From the NCBI GenBank assembly GCA_000934665.2, contig JYFJ02004355.1, forward strand, positions 1 to 40,114: a stretch of 40,114 nt of DNA. Direction: 5' to 3'. The notes under the pieces were generated by a model. That model made no database searches. It saw only the letters and a program-made list of their open reading frames with translations, and was not told the DNA's origin. Positions within the stretch are counted from its first letter, which is position 1, and each line of letters opens with the position of its first letter. Below are positions 32,399 to 40,114 of this stretch, piece after piece. Origin of the DNA: Catajapyx aquilonaris. Lineage: Eukaryota. The position numbers and the translations under genes were made by a program.

Positions 32399-33287
32399 AT
32401 CAATATGTCGCTATCTTAAAAATTCTGAGTGTAGATAAACATATATTATCTGAAATATCAAGAAGACAGCTTTCACACAATTCAGTTCATATTTTGAGTA
32501 CCTATATCATGAAAATAACAAACGGAAATCAGCATATGGCACCACATCCAACTACAATCTTTCTTCAGTACCTTTCCGAGCCAGCCCCAGAAGTGTGAAA
32601 AGAATTGTGTAGATTAATTTCACAAATTGCACACTGTAAATCTAACAAATGTGTCTAGAATCAATAAACATGTTAAAATGCCAATTACACTTCAATTTTA
32701 TCCTGCTGCGCATGAAAGTTACCAGTAATTTTCTACTGTCAACATGGCCGCATGCTCGAGTGCTTAAAGTGTGAAAATTGGCCGCGGTGTGCGCCGTGCG
32801 GGCCATCCCCAGGCACTCTTTGCCTAGGACCGCATGCCTAGGACCTAGGACCTTATCTTTGCCCGTCTTTGCCGGATGAACAGCGCAGCCTGCGGCCAAT
32901 ATCGAAACTGATATGGAAGTGGAAAAAGGCTTTGGAAAGAGACACCAGTGCACTCTCCATACCCAACGTTGCCAAATCTGGTATCTTTCAGTACTTCAAT
33001 GGCGTTTGTGGCCTGCCTGCCTGACAGCGTGTGGGCTCCTCTCTCATTTGCAGTCCACTTTCGGCATACCTGAAACCTGAAACTGACTTTTTTTTTTAAA
33101 TAAAAAAAGGAGGTAATGTGTACAGAAATTATAATAATGGGAGAGTTATGCTAATAGAGCGATATATTGGATTTGATGCAAAAATTCAGGACAAACCTGC
33201 GGGTCATGTTGGGAATCCGGCACCCAGATTTGTGTCAGCTTGGACATCTCATGACTTGAAGGATGTCCATTTTTTTGTTGTCTAGAA

Positions 33288-35508
33288 ATGGGTAGTCTGA
33301 ACTGCCCCCTCTGCTGCGGAGCATCGTTTGAAACGCTGCAGCTCCTGAGTGACCACCTGGAGTTGCAGGCGACCAAGACGGTCAGGTGTCCCATTTGCCA
33401 GCTGATGCTGACGTCAGTTGTGGACCTGGCCTCCCATGTGAAGGCGCATTGCATCCTCAGCATGGAGGCCACACCCAATGTCATGCTTGTCCAGGAGCCT
33501 GAGACTCCTCCATCAACTTCCCTGGATCATTCCTACGTGTCTGATAATAATCGACAGCACTCCCAAGTAAGGCATGCTGCTTACATTAATTTCAAGGATG
33601 TGTTACACATGTGCATCTTCATTTGTTGTGTCTCATTTGGTGAAATGCCTTTTTGCAGATCGTTGAGCAAAAAGAGTCAGCTGGGGATGATGGGGTGAAG
33701 AAGTGTCCTCATTGCGACAGATGTTTTCGGACTGCCAGCAAGCTCAAGAGTCATATAGTGCTGCACAGTGGGGCACGGCCATTCAAGTGCACAAGATGCA
33801 ACAAGTTCTTTGCAAGACTGGAACAGCTGCAAGTTCACATTGCATCTCACAGCACTAGCTCCCAAGTCTCACGAGAAGTGGCACGGAAACGTAAAAATAC
33901 CAGGCAAGAATAACAAATGACTCTTCATGGCAAGTTGCAGGAAGTCATGTTAGCATTACTTGCAGATGGGGAGAAATGTCACAACTTGCTTTGTCTCATC
34001 CCCATTGCAACTTGCATGGGTACCCAATTTATTGGTCTGATAATGTATAATAACAACATCGTATTAATAATTCTAATAATTCTCAACAGGAAAGCCTCGT
34101 CCGCACCACGCATGGCCGCATGTGGGAAGTGTGGAAAGATTTTAAAGTGCGAGTCTCTTCATCAGCATGAGCAGCGGCATGCTTGCAGTGCCTTGAAATC
34201 ACGCAGAGACAAAGGCACCTCTGCACCTACAGAAGAGTTGCAGCCCCATAAATGCCACATGTGTCCCAAGGCATACAGCAGCAAGACTCGCCTGTCGTAC
34301 CACCTCCTCACCCACACTGGGGAGCGTCCCTTTCAATGCAGCTACTGTGGGAAGTGCTTTCGAGATTTACAGTCTCTTCGATCTCATGAGCGGATACACA
34401 CTGGAGAGCAACCATACATGTGTTCTAAGTGTGGAAAATGCTTTCGCACAGCATCACAAGTAAGGTCTTTATAATACATAAGAAGTGCATTACATTAACG
34501 AAGTCAATTTTATTTTTTTAAAATTGATCATTCAGTCTTATCCCTGCATGTTATTTCCTCATAAATCAGTTACTTGCAGAGTAAGACGTTTTGTATAATG
34601 TTAAGGCCATTTCACAAAAAAAAGTCGCGCGGCAAACGGCGCGCGTTGCGGCATATTTCTTATTTATATTTATTATTGCCAATAATTAATAACAATTGGC
34701 GGGGCACGCGCTTGTCGCTTCCGCAAAATCTTTTTGTGTTTTGGCCTTCAGTCTTCATTACTTCTGCGACAGGTGACTTCACACAGGCGTGTCCATGTGA
34801 GGGGTAAAACTGCATCATACTGTTGTCAGCCCTGTGGGAAGACATATCGCAGCTATTCAGGCTACTCATACCATCTGAGACAACATGGCGAGGGAATGAT
34901 ATACACTTGCAGTAAATGCAACATTGACTTCAGGACCTTGGCAAAGTTGACACGTCACAAACGGCTTCATTCGAGGGCGTTTACCTGCGGGGTCTGCAAG
35001 AGGTTGTTCTACACGCTGCAAGAAACACACCAGCACTTGCTCTCACACACTGCCGGTAACGTTAGGAAAAAAATGGTTTATCTTAGTATTAAGAAGTACA
35101 GCTTTTAATTATTCTCTTCTTTATGAAAATACAGGAAAGCTTCGACAAGTGTGTGATGTGTGTGGAGAAGCTTACAACCATCCAGCAGCACTTCGCAGTC
35201 ACAAGCAAATACATGAAGGAGAAGAAGAAAGTGTGGTTGAAGAAGAAGAGGAAGAGGAGGAGCATGAGGCAACTGGGGAGAGGATCGAGGACATACCATT
35301 GCAGAATTTTGTTGGAGTTGTTGGAGGGGTGGACTTGGTAAAGGAAGTGGGAGGCGGGAGTTCCATGGACGACGGTGGTGTTGTGGAAGTCATTGAAGAG
35401 GATAATGAGCAGCAAGTGGTCGTAGTGGAAGACCTTCTGCTCGACTTTGCAACAGGACTGGTGTCTGATCCTAACCACCTCTTGGTTGTCACAGAAAATG
35501 CCACATAA
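33288..35508 (+). CDS. Multi-C2H2 zinc-finger protein (~12 fingers, acidic C-terminus), 516 aa
   Basis: Exons 33288-33566, 33659-33903 (GC donor), 34090-34459, 34773-35055, 35135-35508. HTGERPF and HTGEQPY linkers. N-terminal CPLCCGASF module. Confidence 0.92.
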
Positions 35509-35525
35509 TGTTCCTACTCTTTACA

Positions 35526-35674
35526 TAATGAAGGAGGAAACGAGAGAACGATCTGACGCCATCGTTCCTTCCATTGTTGCTTTTTGATGACACTGTTTAC
35601 CCATCTTGTTATGTGGGGGTATTTACATGGAAGCCTCGATGGCGTCAGATCGCTCTCTCATTTTCCGTACATTA
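35526..35674. repeat. Imperfect inverted repeat just 3' of the ZF stop codon
   Basis: GAGAGAACGATCTGACGCCATCG..CTTCCAT / ATGGAAG..CGATGGCGTCAGATCGCTCTCTC. Confidence 0.75.
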
Positions 35675-35724
35675 CTTTTTTTCATTGTTTCCTTTTGTAT
35701 TTTAATATGTGGAAGCCTGGGAAA

Positions 35725-36234
35725 CCCTTTCATTCCTGAATTTTTTGGGCCGTTTCTTCTCTTTTTGAAAAAAATTTGTAGTAGGAGTGATATAATGAAA
35801 AACAATATTCTTCATTATTTATCATTTTTACTCGTGGTGGTCCTTCGGAATGTAAAAATGCCGAAAACATTCCCCTACTGGGTGTTCCAGAAAAAATTTT
35901 TAAATGCAATTAACTTTAAATGCAATTAAATTAATTTAAATTTTTAAAATCACTACAAAATTGTTACGATGGTTGCAAAATAATACTAAAACACTGCACT
36001 ATGAGAAATTCCTAAGAGTCCAGACTTATGGGACACCCTGTAATTACGCGGCCGGGTGGGGGGTTGTTTACCTTTCAAGGGCGCGAGCAAAATATAACAA
36101 TCCGACTTTGTGGGTGCTGAGTCACCATCCACTAGATGGCACAAGAAGTTTGACCCACAAAGTTTGCCTTCTGCATGCGAACGCTTTGCCGCCAGATTAA
36201 TTGTTGCCATATGGCAACAGTGGGAATGAAAGGG
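35725..36234. mobile_element. piggyBac-like MITE, with a nested mariner-like MITE at 35878-36040
   Basis: CCCTTTCATTCC ... GGAATGAAAGGG|TTAA (left TTAA degenerate as GAAA). Inner TA|CTGGGTGTTCCAGAA ... TTATGGGACACCCTG|TA. Confidence 0.6.
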
Positions 36235-36294
36235 TTAAAGTGCACATGATCTGACTTGTGAGTCATATTTCATGCATAATTTCTGTGGGATAAG

Positions 36295-37201
36295 TTACCA
36301 TGTACCATATCGTACCTGAATACTGCCTTGCATTGTTTTGGAACAGACGTTGGGGTTTCTTTTCCTAACGTCACTCAATGTTCCCGTTTGGACACCTTTT
36401 GGGATGCAAAGAGGAGGGCTCGTTTGAGTGCGCCTATTCACTGTCTCCTTTATGTCGCAGTTACACTGGACAGATGCATTTTTAGTCATAATTGCGACTT
36501 GCACATGGACACTTTTGCATTTCTTTTCAAGATGTGCTGTGTTCTACAAGGAGCAAAAAGAAGAAACCAATGTCAGAACGTGCTATTGAGTCTGTAAATA
36601 AACATCACCTGCACCTGTGTGGAGGTCGACTCATCATGACTGGATATTCTTGTACCATAACTCTCAGATGTGTTCTGAAATAAGTAGGTGCACTTGGAAA
36701 TTTGTATGTGCGAAATGTACTTTTGAGTCTGTAAATAAACATCACCTGTACCTGTGTGGAGGTCGACTCATCATGAGTGGATATTCTTGTACCATAACTC
36801 TCAGATGTGTTCTGAAATAAGTAGGTGCACTTGGAAATTTGTATGTGCGAAATATGTACAGTAGGTACATCTGCTAATGCCTCTACCTGCAGTTTCGGAA
36901 CGGCGTTGGGCTTCAGTCTCCGTGTCTGCTGGTCTGGTCTAAAGGGAAATATAGACTGCCTTTCAAAGTGATCTAGACACACCCGATGATGTGCCTTGGG
37001 TGCGTACGTTGGCGGCAAATTCACCGATGCTCTCCATTGTTGCATCAAGTCTTCATTTTCACGGGGGAATGAGAAGAAATGGACACCCTGACCACTTGAC
37101 TGACGACGCCCACAAACTACGCAAATGCGTCCTACCGGAGGATTCCCGATAGGGGCAGCTCCTTGCTCAGCCATGTATGTGTCCGGTCGTCGTTTCGCCA
37201 T
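36295..37201 (-). CDS. THAP-domain protein with a low-complexity tail of TQT-like motifs (~231 aa)
   Basis: THAP signature CVVC...FFSFP...W...RVCLDHF...LKPNAVP. Phase-0 exons 37201-36887, 36811-36746, 36674-36609, 36543-36295 with GT-AG boundaries. Confidence 0.8.
36586..36853. repeat. 137-bp tandem duplication comprising one 66-nt exon plus intron
   Basis: 36586-36716 is nearly identical to 36723-36853 (two substitutions inside the exon). Confidence 0.95.
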
Positions 37202-37738
37202 CCACCCGAGTGAGGCGCCACTTACGGCGAGTCGGCGATTGACACGCCTCCCGTGACGTCACTCCGCAAGCGGGGGATACGAATGCTGCCAACTTTGACC
37301 TTCTCTCCGGGCCTTACGGTTCTGTTTTGAGACAAACGGATTTTTGCGTTGGAGTCAGGATTTTTTGTCTGATTTTTAGACATCAACTTGTCTTCAGACT
37401 GGAGTGTCCCTTTAAGCAAATTGCAGCCAGCAGCAGCATTTTATTCCGATTTGAAACCCGCGCCATTTAGCCGCCTGATGGCGCTGCTGTTCGACAATTG
37501 TGAAATACGAAGCACCCTCACTCGGCACAGCGAGAGGGGGAGTGAGTTGCAGTCCCATTCGTCGACGCCTCACTCTTCATCTCTCCATTTCCCATTCTCC
37601 ATATTTCCATTTGGGATTTCGCTGCCGGTCTCCCCTTGGCGCCCACTACGATACATATCTTCCCCACAGTCCACCCTACGTACGTACAATCTCTGGCTGT
37701 CAGCGGCCCACAGCCAAAGCAAGCTGGAGGAAAGAACC
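37202..37738. promoter_or_regulatory. Bidirectional promoter between the THAP gene and the second ZF gene
   Basis: Head-to-head ATGs are 538 bp apart. CpG-rich, with a perfect CRE palindrome GTGACGTCAC at 37253-37262. Confidence 0.55.
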
Positions 37739-38919
37739 ATGTCCTGTGGCGCCCACCTCCTGATTTGCCCCTTCTGCTGCGGCAGCCAGTTCAAGAGCAT
37801 CTCTGAAATGGTGGCCCACCTGGAGTGCTGGTCCTTCTACGTGGACTGCCCCTTCTGCCCCTTGAGAAACCTCGGGGGGCCAAAGAAGCTGGCGCAGCAC
37901 ATCAAGGAAACACACCTCAAAGAGACTGAGCCCACCTATGTGAAGATGCCAACCACGTTAGCTCCTGGAAGAATGGCCAGTGTGGTAGTGCAGCAGTCTG
38001 GAGATTTCTTGGTGATCGACAAGGTATATGACAAGAAAAATCCTCCCTGGTATTTAATAATTAGAGTATTAATTAATACTGTGTGATTTTTGCACATGTT
38101 TCAGGTGATACAGGAGGTGGCACACCAAGAGGTGGTTGTTGGGGAAGTTATGGTGGTTGCAGACGTGATGGGAGAAGTGTCCCATTTGCAGGAGGAGAAG
38201 GCTGAAGACATGGGAACGGACGTAGCAGGAGGAGGAGGTGTAGAAAGCGAAGGAGTTGCAGAAGGAGCAGTTGCAGAAAAAGAAGGAGTTGTAGAAGGTG
38301 AAGGAGACTTCATCTGCACATCATGTGGATTGCTGGTGGTAGATATTGAACAGCACCATAAGGATGCACATCCAGGAGAGGAAATGGTCACTGGTATTAT
38401 CACAGAAGGAGCGGATTCATCAGAAGGTATGACGACCTGGCTGCCAATAAGTAGCCATCTTATGGTCACATTTATTTGCACACAGTTCACAGGTTATAAC
38501 TTTTTCTTATAAATTTTTCAGCTCCTGAGAGAAGGAGTAGTAAGCGCACATATGATGGTCATTATGTATGTCGCACATGCTGGGCCAGCTTCAAGCAGCG
38601 ACTGGACCTGCACCACCACTACAAAGTTTGCTGCAAGAGCAACAGTTCTGCACAAGCACCTCAGCCACCAGGTGCCAAACCACCCAGAGGAAAATTCATA
38701 TGTGACGAGTGTGGGCATATGTACAACCTGTCCTATCGCAAAATGCACATGAAGATGCATGAGGGAGACCCATCTTACACTTGTCCTGTTTGCAAAAAGG
38801 GATTTTTCTCCAGGTCTAATCTCAACAATCACCTCAAAATGCATGCAGCAGAGTCATCAGAAGCAGCTAATGCTGTGGTTGCATTGATTGTCAGTGAAGA
38901 ATTCGACAAAAACAAGTAG
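37739..38919 (+). CDS. C2H2 zinc-finger protein, 334 aa, paralogue of the 33288 gene
   Basis: Exons 37739-38023, 38105-38426, 38522-38919 are in phase. N-terminal CPFCCGSQF module, acidic linker, C-terminal fingers (CDECG..H..H, CPVCKKGF..H..H). AATAAA at 39481. Confidence 0.9.
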
Positions 38920-39859
38920 TACTCATTGTACTCTCATCATACTGCCAGTGATTTAAAGGATGTAATTAGTTATCTACCAATGATAACTCCCATTAAATAT
39001 GATATTTCAGTAGTTAAGATTTCCAACCTGATGTGGTACAGTACTTGCTGATCATGCTGTTATGTCTGTGCAAATTTTCCCTTAGGTACTGGTATGCACT
39101 GTTTTATGGTCAGGTCTTTGCCCTTGACACCCCAAGAAAACTGGTCCCACAGCCTGGAATTGTTGAGGGTGGGAGTGGTTTCTTCTTTAAAAAAACAATA
39201 GTTTTCCTCACAGTTGATAACCCATATTGGCACTATCATTATTATTAAGATTGTGGTTACTCCCCAAAACTTGTAAGGTTTCCTGCCCTATGATCTTGAA
39301 CCAAAAGATGTTGATTCTGGACCTGTTTACTTCAAAAAAATCAAGTGCATTATGATTATTATTGATTGATTGAATGATGACGTACAAAATCAAGAAGGAG
39401 GCACTCAACATATGTTATCGAAACTTACTTTCTTATTTATTGTACTGATTTTACATTGTCATATTGTACCTTTAAATGTAAATAAAAAGAACAGAAATCA
39501 GGGAGCAACCTGAGTAATCTGCCTTGAGCAATATTTGGGGATGCGGGCAGGAGGATTTTTACTTTTACCCCTTATTTATGTACCCTCATTATGTTCACTG
39601 CACGCGTGGACAAGCTGGCTTTCCTGGGTGTCATACTTTGTAAGGCACTGCAGCCTGAAGTATGTGCCCATTACATGCGGAAGTGTGATTGACCAAGGCA
39701 GTGAAACACATCACAACGAATGGATGTTTCCGTTTGAAAATAAAAATGGCACCTTAGGCATGTAGTAATTGCAACTCTGGAATCCATGCAATGTAGAATT
39801 TATTAATATGGAAATAATAAGTTACTGGCAGGGCCTTGTTTATATTGGGAGAGCACGTG

Positions 39860-40069
39860 TTCGAAATGTCCCGCGCCTTGTGCAGGGCAGCCAACAGGCG
39901 AGAGTGGGCCTTACACAGTTGGCACCCCTGCCCAAGCCAAAGATGGCGTGTCCTGTGTGCTGAAGTTGCCTTCGGATCTTCTTTCTGTGGTTCCCCCCTT
40001 GGATATTATTAGCCCGTCAGACAGGCGTGCCGTTTGAATATAACTCGTCCGGCGTGTGTGACTACCAAG
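39860..40069 (+). promoter_or_regulatory. Possible promoter and first exon of a downstream gene
   Basis: CpG-richer patch, YY1-like AAGATGGCG at 39940-39948, possible donor AAG|GTGTGA near 40070. Confidence 0.3.
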
Positions 40070-40114
40070 GTGTGAGAATACATTAATTATTGGTCATACA
40101 GAAATATTGACTGA

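Noticed and set aside
37388..37738. N-terminal extension of the 232-aa ORF
   Set aside because: Starts at TTG and is low-information. Homology with the paralogue begins at the ATG at 37739.

Overview
Eukaryotic, most likely arthropod, nuclear DNA with short 58-100 bp spliceosomal introns and dense non-autonomous transposons. No prokaryotic systems are present. The right part (16.7-39.5 kb) is a compact cluster of six intact spliced genes: a BTB-C2H2 zinc-finger gene (-), TFIP11/Sip1 (-, 9 exons, 837 aa), an uncharacterised helical 344-aa gene (+), two paralogous C2H2 zinc-finger genes (+; one needs a GC-AG intron), and between them a THAP gene (-) whose tail carries multiple TQT-like (LC8/DYNLL-type) motifs expanded by a tandem exon duplication. 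The left part (1-16.6 kb) looks non-genic in the ORF track. Manual splicing of the minus strand nevertheless recovers a ~12-exon gene (ATG at 11382 to ~6054, possibly to ~2260) with motifs matching the meiotic SPO11 partner TOPOVIBL (TOP6BL). It carries several frameshift, stop and splice lesions, so it is apparently an unprocessed pseudogene. This is the most notable result, and it rests on my recollection of the vertebrate sequence, so it needs profile-search confirmation. The rest is MITEs (Tc1/mariner, pogo, hAT, piggyBac), a Helitron, tRNA- and RTE-derived SINEs with clear TSDs, foldback palindromes and satellites, often nested.
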